From contig JACZJV010000062.1 of assembly GCA_014860355.1 (NCBI GenBank), positions 759-64,758 of the forward strand: a stretch of 64,000 nucleotides of DNA, in the 5' to 3' direction. The position numbers and the translations under genes were made by a program. The notes below the pieces were generated by a model. That model ran no database searches. It had not been told where the DNA came from and worked only from the letters and a program-made list of their open reading frames with translations. Positions 21,701 to 31,153 of the stretch are shown here, one piece after another (the first letter of the stretch is position 1; each line of letters starts with the position of its first letter). Source of the stretch: Burkholderiales bacterium (GTDB lineage Bacteria > Pseudomonadota > Gammaproteobacteria > Burkholderiales > SG8-39).

Positions 21701-22622
21701 CCGGAGGTGTCACGGTCGACCCGGTCAAATCCAGGGTCGCACCGGCTGCTCCGGTTGCCGTCAGCGCTACTACAGGTGCGGAAGCTGTCGGCGAGACGGG
21801 TATGGGTGATGCGGCCGGCGCGGTGGCGGTGGCACTGGCCGGATCGACCACTGCCGTATCCCGAATCTCCCCCGTAGCCTCCGCGGCTTGCTCGCCAGGC
21901 GCCGCCGCCGCTGTTTCCTGTTGTCCTCCCTCCTTGGATTCCTCCTTGGCTTTTTGTGTTCCTGGCTCCGGCGTCGGTTTATAGAAAGGCGGAATCTTCG
22001 GCAGGATCACGGGCGCGGCCCTGGTCACCGGCGCGAACCCCACCTGGTTGGGCTGTATGTCTATGCTGCCGGCATCGTTGCGGATGAAAGCAACTCCGAC
22101 GTTGACTTTGTCGTAGCTGCCGGGCTCGGCGACGGATGTCTGCCCAGGTGCCGGCGCCAGAATTACCATGGGTTCGTGGTCCGTGCCGCGAATGCCGATG
22201 GTGGCAGTAGCCGTTTTTATCAGATAGTTCTGCTTGTTGGTGCGTCCGATGAAGCCGGTGATGGTGCGAAAACCGCCCCGCAACAGCGAAACGACGGCGC
22301 TTTCCTGGCCGTCCTCCTTGCCGCTGTAGCGGTAGGTATCGAAGCCCATGTCGGTGTTGGGCCGGATCGCGATGAATCCGCCATCGACCATCTTTATCTG
22401 CGCGGAAGAACTCGCGGCTGTGACTATCCTGTCACCTTCATTTACTTCGTCGCCTTTATTCAAGGCGCGCGTTTCACCCGCCTTGGTGACGAGCTTGACG
22501 TCGCCGATCACGAATTGCACGTTGCCGGCTGCGCCGAATGCAGCGCCCGCATAGGCGGCGAGCAGCAGCAGAGCGGGGAGGGCCTTGAGCGGATTTTTCC
22601 AGGAAAACAGCATGGCGTTCAC
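18741..22622 (-). CDS. Large secreted FecR-domain protein with three tandem beta-rich (possibly TbpB-barrel-like) modules
   Basis: Signal peptide ALPALLLLAAYAGAAFG; FecR domain (GDVKLVTKAGETRALNKGDEVNEGDRIVTAASSSAQIKMVDGGFIAIRPNT...TATIGIRGTDHE); Pro/Ala/Thr linker; Gly/Ser/Thr/Asn-rich repeats. 1293 aa. Confidence 0.85.
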   Translation of the reverse strand: MNAMLFSWKNPLKALPALLLLAAYAGAAFGAAGNVQFVIGDVKLVTKAGETRALNKGDEVNEGDRIVTAASSSAQIKMVDGGFIAIRPNTDMGFDTYRYSGKEDGQESAVVSLLRGGFRTITGFIGRTNKQNYLIKTATATIGIRGTDHEPMVILAPAPGQTSVAEPGSYDKVNVGVAFIRNDAGSIDIQPNQVGFAPVTRAAPVILPKIPPFYKPTPEPGTQKAKEESKEGGQQETAAAAPGEQAAEATGEIRDTAVVDPASATATAPAASPIPVSPTASAPVVALTATGAAGATLDLTGSTVTPPDGSTIPVVDVPTVVVTNFSSTAVLRNEVLWDTTQIAPGVDPAVTTYIVSDKTSSNLFNNATGTPDTPLTTPSTTPVTLTGSTVNTNFLFDTSGNLIGVLDTPHVVFDHANDVPGSRTQFAIPTPLAHARLSFSGGTAAESYFDPATSIRFGRWSGGAVNVTDLSTGTSYVESLLAPDGAARSLQWVVAQIPSSLPLTGVFQYTRIGDAAGAPSFATAPTDSYGNVGTLDGARLSADFTNSKASAAVRITMPSGPAGSLGIQNLSARFDNAPISNGGFNVSSGASNNPAGTDNLHIGCFGSGCAPDIATGVSAYGGRIRGGFDSATGNAGTADGAFFRYTFNTNYGVNAVTPPAGRVVDDYINGLVAFKLGPEIVLPTSASYPVAAPVAPVTVVATYSYFDAINSFNQSSSGNFWTDRPQTSLVTDAAGNLVSITEPGDSSVFGDNRALALSGGTATPATPTALAIGSTATATDGSILLGWQSPSPTLTVSGVDFNGCFGTTGCVDPVPRTVLGDGLSWVRGPAPFPIYLPGAIAGYTNSTGVVVPGTATYNLGTSVLHDQNGAIGTVNSAGLTVNFGNASVNFDMQATTPAGNWVVSAPGIRLDQEGSFHANAGNSGATIASGTTVQPTSSHDNMNITLTGSTGTFGTMEGQLMGIGAGGAGVTYNLNGFLPCTSGPCPTETASGALAFSLNGTPYSTLTPYHLALNVPGMTLLGELEPSENTRIDGGFLSAYRTQFVNNLPVRMDGQLPVLVVNGPPCTTNCSFVNDIPVVYAVAGATGAASVGTATVLEAGYDPATGMRWGRYGNGTIGVTDRISGASLGVVAATQSVPFVISGSQSGPTVLPITGTFNYTFAGGTSPVDSNGNVGAALTAANASLTANFTAQTVNATLSNLTVGGNTWGASATGIPISANVFQAGKKLGDTIGSMTVTTSLGANPADTSGSLVGGFTGQTGNGVGMAYSLNHGGNTSSNPAAVTASGVVVFKR

Positions 22623-22634
22623 CTTGTGCGAAAA

Positions 22635-23984
22635 TTATTTGAAGTCGCGGCGGATCGAAATCGAAATGTCGGTGCGGTCGAACTGGTACAGCACGATATT
22701 GGAGTTGTTGCGTATGTAGGAGACCTGCGGGCGTATCGTCCACAGCTTGTCGTAGTGCCAGTTGACGCCGATGTTGGCGTCATATTGGTTGTCGTCGCGG
22801 AACACCGGCTGGGCGGGCGTGCTGAATGAAGCATTGGCCAGATCGTACTTGCTGAACTGTGCGCCGACGCCGGCGAAGAGTTCGGTTCTCTGGTTGAGTT
22901 GCACCTGTCCACCCAGACGCAGGCCGCTGAAGTCCTTGCCGCCGTCGGCGCGCAACGGTGCGCGCTCGTTCCCGGTAAACAGGCTGGCGAACACCAGGCC
23001 CTTGCCGTCGTTGATCACGCGCAGCCAATTGGCGCCGAACAAGGATTGATCGAAGTCATTGACGCTGATCGTGGGTTCGAAGCGGTAACTCGCGTACTGC
23101 CCGAACGCGCTCACCTGGTTGGCAGGGTTGAGCAGATAACGCCATTCCGCGTTGACGCCGCTGGTGTCGCGGTTGTTCTTCCCGTCCAGATCGTATTTTC
23201 CGCCGAGCACGCCGAGGCGGAACATATTCGTAGTCTGGCCCACGGCGATGCCGGCGCGCGCGTCGACGCTGAGGGAATCAAATGTGTCCTGGGTGTTGTT
23301 GCTGCGGCCGCGTACGTCAGCGCCGGCAAAAAGGCCGAAGTTCGAATTGACCCGGTGGCTGATCTCGCCGCCGAGCCCCAGGCCCAGATAGCTGTCTGCG
23401 GTCTTGACGCCGGTCGGATCGAGGATGAAAACCAGGTCGCCCAGAGCCGGCACCGCTATCGAACTATTGCTGGTGGCGTAATTGATGTTGCTGTCGTGGC
23501 CCCAGGTGCCTTCGATATAGCCTGTGGCGACGGTTTTCTTGGCGTCTTCGTGCTTGTCGATCAATGCGAGGTAGTTGTCTATGAGCTTCTTGGCCGCCGG
23601 CGGCGGTTTTTGCGTCAGCACAGTTTCGAATTCAGCCTTGGCGCGGGTGTAGTCGCCCAATTGATAATAGGCGCGCCCCATGTCTATGCGTGCGCCGGCG
23701 AAATTGGGGTCGACTGCCAGTACGCGCTCGAAGGCGATCGTGGCTTTGTCCGGCTTGCCGCTGTCCAATGCAGCTACGCCCAGGAGGTAGTCGAACTTGA
23801 TGTTGCCGGCCTGTGCGAACTCGAACGGTTCGAGCAGGGAATACGCTTCGGCCGCTTTTCCCTGTTTGAGCAGCGCGTTCGCCTTGTCCAGATCGGCCTC
23901 CGCTGCAAGCACGGAATTTGCCGCCACCCACAAACAGAACCCCAGGGCAAGCAAGGTCCGCCTGACCGAAAATAAATTCGTCAT
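22635..23984 (-). CDS. Surface lipoprotein assembly modifier (Slam)-like / DUF560 outer-membrane protein with N-terminal TPRs
   Basis: Signal peptide, TPR region (FDYLLGVAALDSGKPDKATIAFERVLAVDPNFAGARIDMGRAYYQLGDYTRAKAEFETVL), then a beta-barrel-like C-terminal region ending ...TDISISIRRDFK. Start taken at the internal Met at 23984. Confidence 0.75.
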   Translation of the reverse strand: MTNLFSVRRTLLALGFCLWVAANSVLAAEADLDKANALLKQGKAAEAYSLLEPFEFAQAGNIKFDYLLGVAALDSGKPDKATIAFERVLAVDPNFAGARIDMGRAYYQLGDYTRAKAEFETVLTQKPPPAAKKLIDNYLALIDKHEDAKKTVATGYIEGTWGHDSNINYATSNSSIAVPALGDLVFILDPTGVKTADSYLGLGLGGEISHRVNSNFGLFAGADVRGRSNNTQDTFDSLSVDARAGIAVGQTTNMFRLGVLGGKYDLDGKNNRDTSGVNAEWRYLLNPANQVSAFGQYASYRFEPTISVNDFDQSLFGANWLRVINDGKGLVFASLFTGNERAPLRADGGKDFSGLRLGGQVQLNQRTELFAGVGAQFSKYDLANASFSTPAQPVFRDDNQYDANIGVNWHYDKLWTIRPQVSYIRNNSNIVLYQFDRTDISISIRRDFK

Positions 23985-24248
23985 GAATTTCCTACTCCCA
24001 GCGCTTGGTCTTGGACGGGTCGATAAGACCCATTTGTTCCGAATGCGAAAGCGCATGCCAATGATTGATATCCGATATCAACTTTGGCTTGCGTACGCAC
24101 GGAGCTAAACTTCATTTCCCGGATATGGCCGAATTTCTGCTTTTGTTCAGATTTTCATTCTGGCTGCAATCTAACATAGTATGGTCAGATTGGTAAATTT
24201 ATTGCTGCTATCAAGAGCATGCAGGACTCAAGTATCATTTGCATGTGC

Positions 24249-24338
24249 GCCAGGGTGGTGAAATTGGTATACACAGCGGGCTTAAAACCCGCCGCCGCTA
24301 ATCCCGGCATGCCGGTTCGACCCCGGTCCCTGGCACCA
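24249..24338 (+). tRNA. tRNA-Leu (anticodon TAA)
   Basis: GCCAGGG/CCCTGGC acceptor stem, anticodon stem gcggg-ctTAAaa-cccgc, long variable arm, encoded CCA. Confidence 0.96.
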
Positions 24339-24646
24339 GTCTGAAATCAACGTCCGTGATGAATGCCCGATTGCGAAATTGGCGGCTGGGCTGACCTTGT
24401 TCTAGATCCGCCTGCCGATCAATAGACCAATCGGCCTAGTGGCGCAGAAATTTGGTCATGTATTGAGATAAATCAAAACAGACAATCCGATGGCGCGGAC
24501 CTTGTAGTCCCGTCCAGGGCGCCACAGGCAAGGAGCCGTACGTGAACATCGCGACGTTCCGCAAGCACAACCAGTCCGGGCCGGATTCGGGTTTCCTTTC
24601 CGATTTCTGCTCCGATATGGGCTAGAATGAAATCGGACATAGATGC

Positions 24647-25075
24647 ATGATCGTATTTGACCTAATCTGCCGGGAACAACATCGCTTCGAGGGCTGGTTT
24701 GCCTCGGGTGATGATTTCACTGCGCAACAAGACAGTGGCTTGCTCGCGTGCCCGGTATGCGGCGGCGCAAATGTGGAAAAACTGCCGACGGCCAAGATCC
24801 GGAAACAGCAGTCGGAGGCTGCGCCACCGGACGTACGGGCCGGCGCGGCGCAAGGCGCGCTGAAGGTGGAAGCGTCCCGTATCATCGACTACATCCTGAC
24901 CCACAGCGAGGACGTGGGCAAAAGCTTCGCTGCGGAAGCGCGCAGGATCCATTACCGGGAAGCGCCCCAGCGCAACATACGCGGCGTCGCTACCCGTTCC
25001 GAGTCCGAAGACCTGCGCGACGAAGGCGTCCAGGTGTTCACGCTGCCGGTCCCGACTCGCGACCGCTGGAACTAG
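24647..25075 (+). CDS. DUF1178 family protein
   Basis: MIVFDLICREQHRFEGWFASGDDFTAQQDSGLLACPVCGG. Confidence 0.85.
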   Translation: MIVFDLICREQHRFEGWFASGDDFTAQQDSGLLACPVCGGANVEKLPTAKIRKQQSEAAPPDVRAGAAQGALKVEASRIIDYILTHSEDVGKSFAAEARRIHYREAPQRNIRGVATRSESEDLRDEGVQVFTLPVPTRDRWN

Positions 25076-25172
25076 GGGCACCGCGCAGTAACCGACCGCG
25101 GGTACCGAGACAATATAATGCGCATATGTGTATTATGTAAAATGTTAGCCGCAAGCAAAATGACTGTCATGC

Positions 25173-25805
25173 CTATTCCTTCGCTCCCGCCTGCCTGAGC
25201 AAGTCCGCGATATCGGTATTCCCGCCCTTTAGCGCCCATCCCAGGGCCGTAGCGCCCGAATCGCTTCTGATATTCGGATCCGCCACCTCCCACAACAGCA
25301 GCCTGACTGTCTCGAGTCGACCATAGCGGGCGGCCATCATCAGCGCCGACACGCCGCTGGGCGCAAGCGCGTCGATTTCCGCGCCTTTTTCCAGGAGAAA
25401 TTTGACCATGTCGGTGTGACCGCGCCAGGCGGCGTAAATCAAGGGGTTCCAGCCCTGGACATTGATCTGCGCGCCATGGGCCACCAGCAACTCGACCAGT
25501 TCCAGGCTGCCGCTGGCTGCCGCGAGCATGAGTGCCGTCTCCCCGTAACGGTTGCGGGCGTTGACCTTGGCCTGCAGTCGCAGCAGGTATTCGGCCATCT
25601 CGGTTTGGCCCTCCTTGACCGCGAGCATAAGCAAGGTGTGGCCTTCGGGATCGCTGGTGTTCACGTCGATGCCCTTTGCAAACAGGGCCTCGGCCGTCGA
25701 AAGATCGTTCAACTTTACCGCGTTGAGGATGTCGTCATAGGACTCCGCGAGCGCGCTTGTACTCTGAAGGGACAAAAACACAATAATGCATAATCTCAAT
25801 AACAT
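25173..25805 (-). CDS. Exported ankyrin-repeat protein
   Basis: Signal peptide MLLRLCIIVFLSLQSTSALA and repeated ankyrin units (DPEGHTLLMLAVKEGQTEMAEYLLRLQAKVNARNRYGETALMLAA). Confidence 0.88.
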   Translation of the reverse strand: MLLRLCIIVFLSLQSTSALAESYDDILNAVKLNDLSTAEALFAKGIDVNTSDPEGHTLLMLAVKEGQTEMAEYLLRLQAKVNARNRYGETALMLAAASGSLELVELLVAHGAQINVQGWNPLIYAAWRGHTDMVKFLLEKGAEIDALAPSGVSALMMAARYGRLETVRLLLWEVADPNIRSDSGATALGWALKGGNTDIADLLRQAGAKE

Positions 25806-25822
25806 ATCATTCTTTATTAATG

Positions 25823-26599
25823 TCAATCCTTACTAATGGAAGGTTTGAATAATCGGAAGAAATTCGCAGTCGTCGCCGCCGCCACCGCTTCCAGGGAGGT
25901 TTCGCGCAAACGGGCGATTTCCTCTGCCACATGCCTGACCCAGCCCGGCTCGTTGGTTTTCCCGCGGTGCGGTACCGGAGCAAGATAGGGGGAATCGGTT
26001 TCCACCAGCATGCGCTCCAGCGGTATCGCTTTGGCCACCTCCTTGATGGAATGGGCGTTCTTGAAGGTGACTATGCCGGAAAAGGAGATATAGAAATCCA
26101 TATCCATGGCCGCCAGCGCAAACTCCATGGTTTCGGTGAAGCAATGCATTACCCCGCCTATCTCGCCGGCGCGTTCTTCGCGCAGGATGCGCAAAGTGTC
26201 GTCGCCGGCGTCCCGCGTATGGATGATCAATGGCTTGCCACAATCGCGCGCGGCCCGGATGTGGGTGCGAAAGCGCGCCTTTTGCCATTCGAGCTCGCCC
26301 TCCTGGCGATAGTAGTCCAGGCCGGTTTCGCCAATGGCGACGATTCTGGGGTGCTGCGCGCGCTCGAGCAGGTCCCCGAGCCCGGGACTGGCATCGTCGG
26401 CCTGGTCCGGATGCACTCCGACCGAGGCGTACAGCTGCGCATGGCCTTCCGCCAGAGCCAGGACGCGTGGAAAATCAGCGAGATTGACGGATACACACAG
26501 GGCATGTGTCACCTGATTCTGCGCCATGCCCTCGAGAATCTGCGGGATGCGATCGGCATATTGCTCGAAATCGATATGGCAATGCGAATCGACCAGCAT
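25823..26599 (-). CDS. tatD: TatD family metal-dependent deoxyribonuclease
   Basis: MLVDSHCHIDFEQ, AIGETGLDYY, ETDSPYLAPVPHRGKTNEP. Confidence 0.93.
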   Translation of the reverse strand: MLVDSHCHIDFEQYADRIPQILEGMAQNQVTHALCVSVNLADFPRVLALAEGHAQLYASVGVHPDQADDASPGLGDLLERAQHPRIVAIGETGLDYYRQEGELEWQKARFRTHIRAARDCGKPLIIHTRDAGDDTLRILREERAGEIGGVMHCFTETMEFALAAMDMDFYISFSGIVTFKNAHSIKEVAKAIPLERMLVETDSPYLAPVPHRGKTNEPGWVRHVAEEIARLRETSLEAVAAATTANFFRLFKPSISKD

Positions 26600-26606
26600 G
26601 GCGGAT

Positions 26607-27617
26607 CTAGCCTATCTCTTTGTAGGCGATGAACAAGTCGTCGAAGAACAACCTGGTGTTCAAGGGGTGCTCGGAAATCGCCCGCAGCGATGACAGTGCA
26701 CTGTAAAAGCGCAGCAACTGCAGCAAGGGCATGCGTTCGGCCAGCAGGCTCAGTTTCCTTTCCTGGTCGATGTTGTATCGCGCCCTGCCCTTGCTCGCGA
26801 GCGCGATCAAATCGTAGGTCCACTTCAGCATCCAGTCGACCACGGGGCCAGGCTGCAGCCGCTGGCAGAAATCAGCCAGGCCCAGCGCGCTCGTGTTCGC
26901 CAGGCCGAGCAGGTCGAACAGCCTGCGACGCGTATCGGCCTCCTCGTCTGGCAGCGCAGCCGCTTCCAGGGGGGCGTCGCCGGCGAAAGCGAGCGTAGCG
27001 GGCGTGGCTTTGCTGCCCTGCTGCTGCAGCCAGCGCAGCGACAATTCCCGCGGCGGCAAAGTCAAGGCTAGCGCGTGACAGCGGCTGCGCACGGTAGCCA
27101 GCAGCCTGCTCGGCTGGTGCGAGACCAGCAGAAATACCACTCCGGCCGATGGCTCTTCCAGGTTTTTCAGCAAGGCATTGGCCGATCCCGGATTCATGCT
27201 TTCGGCCGGGTAGATCAACACTACGCGATAGCCGTTGCGATGCGAACCCAGGTTCAGAAAATCACTAAGCGCGCGAATCTGATCTATTTTGATTTGCTTG
27301 CTCGCCTTTTTCCTGGTTTCGTCGGCACCCTCGGCGGGTTCTGCCTCGTCCTGGGCAGGCGCCAGGGCTTCCGGCTGAACCAGGCGAAAATCGGGATGAT
27401 TGCCCGCGACGAACCAGGTGCACGCCGGACAGGCACCACAGGCCAGGCCCTGGTTCGACTTGTTCTCGCACAGCAGGGACTGGGCCAGAACCTGCGCCAG
27501 ATGCAGCTTGCCTATGCCGGGGCGGCCGTGGAACAGCAGCGCATGAGGCAGGCGCCCATGCATCGCGGCGAGCCGGCCCCATATCTCCTCCTGCCAAGGA
27601 AAGTAGTTTATTGACAT
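26607..27617 (-). CDS. holB: DNA polymerase III subunit delta'
   Basis: [43 protein letters not shown] zinc module; between tmk and tatD. Confidence 0.92.
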   Translation of the reverse strand: MSINYFPWQEEIWGRLAAMHGRLPHALLFHGRPGIGKLHLAQVLAQSLLCENKSNQGLACGACPACTWFVAGNHPDFRLVQPEALAPAQDEAEPAEGADETRKKASKQIKIDQIRALSDFLNLGSHRNGYRVVLIYPAESMNPGSANALLKNLEEPSAGVVFLLVSHQPSRLLATVRSRCHALALTLPPRELSLRWLQQQGSKATPATLAFAGDAPLEAAALPDEEADTRRRLFDLLGLANTSALGLADFCQRLQPGPVVDWMLKWTYDLIALASKGRARYNIDQERKLSLLAERMPLLQLLRFYSALSSLRAISEHPLNTRLFFDDLFIAYKEIG

Positions 27618-28222
27618 GCTGTTACGATATATTTCTCAAGTGCATTGCGAATGTCGGCGACGCTCCGGCTGGCGTCGATAACCTGGATTCTCTGCGGGTA
27701 GCGGGCAGCGCGCGCTAGGTAGACGGAGCGTACCCGGGCGAAAAAATCCAGGTTTTCCTGTTCGAAGCGGTCAGGCGCAGCCGTGGCCGCCAGGCGCCGC
27801 TCTTTGGCCTGTTCCACCGAAAGATCGAAAACGAATGTCAGATCGGGCTGCAGCCCTTGCTGCACCCAGCCCTCGAGGCTTTCAATTCTGGCCAGATCCA
27901 GCCCGCGCCCGCCGCCCTGGTAGGCGAAAGTGGCGTCGGTAAAGCGGTCCGAAAGCACCCAGGTTCCCGCGGCCAGGGCCGGCAGGACCAGCAGCTCCAG
28001 GTGCTCGCGCCTGGCAGCGAACATGAGCAAGGTCTCGGTTTCGAGGTGCATGGGCTGCGTCAGCAGCAGTTTGCGCAGTGCTTCCCCAAGAGGCGTGCCG
28101 CCGGGCTCGCGCGTCACGGCCACCTTCTTTCCTGCCGCTTCCAGGCGCGCGGCGATCCAGTCCAGGTGGGTGCTCTTGCCCGCGCCGTCGACGCCTTCCA
28201 GGGTAATGAACTTGCCGCGCAT
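27608..28222 (-). CDS. tmk: Thymidylate kinase
   Basis: [24 protein letters not shown] and [16 protein letters not shown]. Confidence 0.96.
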   Translation of the reverse strand: MRGKFITLEGVDGAGKSTHLDWIAARLEAAGKKVAVTREPGGTPLGEALRKLLLTQPMHLETETLLMFAARREHLELLVLPALAAGTWVLSDRFTDATFAYQGGGRGLDLARIESLEGWVQQGLQPDLTFVFDLSVEQAKERRLAATAAPDRFEQENLDFFARVRSVYLARAARYPQRIQVIDASRSVADIRNALEKYIVTACQ

Positions 28223-28223
28223 G

Positions 28224-29228
28224 CTAGCGTTTCTTCTTTTGCCGCTGGTACCGGGATACCGCGCGTTCGTGTTCCGCCAGGGTGCGCGAAAATTCGCTCG
28301 AACCGTCGCCGCGGGCGACAAAATACAGGGCATTGGTATCCGCCGGGTTCAGCGCCGCCTGCAGCGCCGCGAGGCCAGGCATGGCAATCGGCGTAGGCGG
28401 CAGCCCGGCCCGCGTATAGGTATTGTGCGGCGTATCGGCGCGCAGGTCTTTGGTGCGCAGATTGCCATCGAATTTTTCTCCCATCCCGTAAATCACGGAA
28501 GGATCGGTCTGGAGCAGCATGCCCATGCGCAGGCGATTGACGAATACTCCCGCGACCTGCGCGCGTTCGTTCGATTGTCCGGTCTCTTTTTCGATCACCG
28601 AAGCCATGATCAAGGCCTCATAGGGGGTGCGATAAGGCAGGTCGGGGGCGCGCTGTTCCCAGGCCGCCTGTAGCCGCCTGTCCATTGCTGCGTAAGCCCG
28701 TTTGAGGACCTCCATATCGCTGCTGCCTACGCCGAAGCGATAGGTGTCGGGGAAGAACAGGCCTTCCGGGCTGCGATCGGCCGCACCCAAGCGGGCCATG
28801 ATGTCGCCATCGCTGAGATCGGCGCTCTCGTGCCTCAGGTCCGGATCGGCCTTGAGTGCCGCGCGCAGCTGCCTGAAGGTCCAACCCTCGAGGAATGTCA
28901 CCTCCGCCTGGATCACATCTCCCGAAGTCAGCTTGTCCAGCAAGGCCAGAGGCGTAACGCCGCCGGCGACTTCATAGCTGCCGGCCTGGATCGCGCCGGC
29001 CTTGTCCAACAGGCGCACGAGCAGCTTGAATCGCCAGGCGCTCAACTCGATGCCGGAATCGACGATCTGCCGCGTTGCGGTTTTCAAGCTGCTGCCCGGT
29101 TTGATGGAGAATTGCACCCGCTCAGCGCGCAGGTCCAGCGGGCTCGAGGCATACCAGCGCAGTCCCGCTGCCGCCAGCAGCGTCAAGCACAATGCGAGGA
29201 GAAGAATGCGGATGATCCACGACGACAT
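28224..29228 (-). CDS. mltG: Endolytic murein transglycosylase MltG (YceG-like)
   Basis: [43 protein letters not shown] and [19 protein letters not shown]. Confidence 0.95.
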   Translation of the reverse strand: MSSWIIRILLLALCLTLLAAAGLRWYASSPLDLRAERVQFSIKPGSSLKTATRQIVDSGIELSAWRFKLLVRLLDKAGAIQAGSYEVAGGVTPLALLDKLTSGDVIQAEVTFLEGWTFRQLRAALKADPDLRHESADLSDGDIMARLGAADRSPEGLFFPDTYRFGVGSSDMEVLKRAYAAMDRRLQAAWEQRAPDLPYRTPYEALIMASVIEKETGQSNERAQVAGVFVNRLRMGMLLQTDPSVIYGMGEKFDGNLRTKDLRADTPHNTYTRAGLPPTPIAMPGLAALQAALNPADTNALYFVARGDGSSEFSRTLAEHERAVSRYQRQKKKR

Positions 29229-29343
29229 TCGTTTGCGGGCTTATCCGTGAGGGGCTGACTGGAGATTGCCGAGGCTATAATTGACGCTTGAATTTCATAT
29301 TATCACGCATACTTAAGACATTATCCAAGTCTGCAGGACGACG

Positions 29344-30378
29344 ATGACTTCTACCTGGCAGGACTTCCTGCTCGCACGCGGGGCGCGCATCGAAGCGGGT
29401 GTGCTGAACCATTTCGGCGACGCTGCGGCCGAACTGCGCGCAGCTCGCGATGGCTGCATTGTAGCCCCGCTGACCCACCTGGGGCTGCTAGAGTTCAGCG
29501 GCGAGGACGCGCAGGCCTTCCTCCACGGCCAGCTCAGCAACGATGTCAAACAGCTCAGTCCTGGTCGCAGCGAGTATGCAGCCTACTGCTCGGCCAAGGG
29601 GCGCATGCTGGCGAATTTCCTGTTGTGGCAGGAAGGCAGGCATTATCAGCTGCAGCTTGCCCGCGCCCTGCTGCCGGCGATGCAAAAGCGGCTGGGGATG
29701 TTCGTACTCCGGGCCCAGGTGAAGCTGGCCGACGCGAGCGAGTCGCGTCCGCTGCTGGGCCTGGCCGGCAAGGGTGCCGCCGATGTGCTGCGTGAATTCT
29801 TTCCCGCGCTCCCGCAACAGGCGCATCAGGTCGTGCACGATGCGGCCGGCGCTACCCTGATCGCGCTACCGGGCGAGAGGTTTGAGTTGATCGCCGAACT
29901 CGAGACGGCAAAGAGGCTGTGGGACAGGCTGGCTGCCAGGCTGACTCCGGTAGGCACGCCCTGCTGGGAATGGCTGGAGATCAGGGGCGGCATACCTCTG
30001 ATCACCCCTGCGACGCAGGAGCAATTCGTGCCGCAGATGGCCAATATGGAGTTGATCGGCGCAGTGAGTTTTCAGAAAGGCTGCTACCCGGGGCAGGAAA
30101 TCGTCGCCCGCACCCAGTACCTGGGCCAACTCAAGCGCCGCATGCTCCTCGCCCATGTCGCGGGAGCGGCGCCGCCGCAACCCGGTGACGCCTTGTACTG
30201 CGACGACCCGGACGCACAGGCGAGCGGCACGGTAGTCAATGCGCAGGCGGCACCCGAGGGCGGCTACGACTTGCTGGCGGTGGTGCAGACGGCCAGCATC
30301 GGCCAGGGCGCGCTGCATGTTCAATCCGCCGACGGGCCGGTGCTGCGCATCCAGCCCCTGCCCTACCCGCTCCCCTGA
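29344..30378 (+). CDS. ygfZ: Folate-binding protein YgfZ/GcvT-like
   Basis: GAVSFQKGCYPGQEIVARTQYLGQLKRR signature. Confidence 0.93.
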   Translation: MTSTWQDFLLARGARIEAGVLNHFGDAAAELRAARDGCIVAPLTHLGLLEFSGEDAQAFLHGQLSNDVKQLSPGRSEYAAYCSAKGRMLANFLLWQEGRHYQLQLARALLPAMQKRLGMFVLRAQVKLADASESRPLLGLAGKGAADVLREFFPALPQQAHQVVHDAAGATLIALPGERFELIAELETAKRLWDRLAARLTPVGTPCWEWLEIRGGIPLITPATQEQFVPQMANMELIGAVSFQKGCYPGQEIVARTQYLGQLKRRMLLAHVAGAAPPQPGDALYCDDPDAQASGTVVNAQAAPEGGYDLLAVVQTASIGQGALHVQSADGPVLRIQPLPYPLP

Positions 30379-30388
30379 GGCCGCCTCG

Positions 30389-31153
30389 ATGTGCCTGATC
30401 CTGCTGGCGCTAGGCGCGCATCCCGACTACCCGCTGCTGATCGCCGCCAACCGCGACGAATATTACCAGCGGCCGACGGCGAAGGCGGCGTTCTGGCAGG
30501 ATCATCCGCACATCCTCGCCGGACGCGACCTGGATGGCATGGGCACCTGGCTGGGCGTGACGCGCGCGGGCCGCTTTGCCGCGCTCACCAATTTTCGCGA
30601 TCCGCGCGAGCGCAAAACCGATGCGCCCTCGCGCGGCACACTGGTAAGCGGCTTTCTCGCGTCCGCGCTGGATCCGCGCGCGTACCTCGAGGAAATTGCA
30701 GCGCAGGCGCGGCACTACAACGGTTTCAACCTGCTGGCCGGCGACATCGACGATGTGTTCTATTTTTCCAGCCGCGCAGGCGAGGTGCAACAGCTGTCGC
30801 CGGGCATCCACGGACTGTCGAATCATCTGCTGGATACGCCCTGGCCCAAAGTGGCGCGCGGAAAACAGCGCCTGCAGGCGATGCTGGCGGACGAACCCAG
30901 CGCCGAAGCGCTGCTCGAGCTGCTGCACGACCGCCAGCCGGCGGCGCAAGGCGAACTGCCCGATACCGGTGTCGGTGTGGACATGGAGCGCGTGCTTTCA
31001 CCGGCCCTGGTCGTTACGCCCCAATACGGAACCCGCGCCTCGACGGCGGTGCTGTTCGGGGGTGACGGCAGCGTCAGTTTCAACGAACGCACCGTACTGC
31101 GCGGCGGCGAAATCGGCGCTACGGTCGGCCTGCGCTTTCGCCTCGAGCGCTGA
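30389..31153 (+). CDS. NRDE/TANGO2 family protein
   Basis: MCLILLALGAHPDYPLLIAANRDEYYQRPT. Confidence 0.9.
   Translation: MCLILLALGAHPDYPLLIAANRDEYYQRPTAKAAFWQDHPHILAGRDLDGMGTWLGVTRAGRFAALTNFRDPRERKTDAPSRGTLVSGFLASALDPRAYLEEIAAQARHYNGFNLLAGDIDDVFYFSSRAGEVQQLSPGIHGLSNHLLDTPWPKVARGKQRLQAMLADEPSAEALLELLHDRQPAAQGELPDTGVGVDMERVLSPALVVTPQYGTRASTAVLFGGDGSVSFNERTVLRGGEIGATVGLRFRLER

Noticed and set aside
25115-25136. Imperfect palindrome ataatgcgcatatgtgtattat between DUF1178 and the ankyrin gene
   Set aside because: Lies between convergent genes with mismatched arms; too weak to assign a regulatory role.
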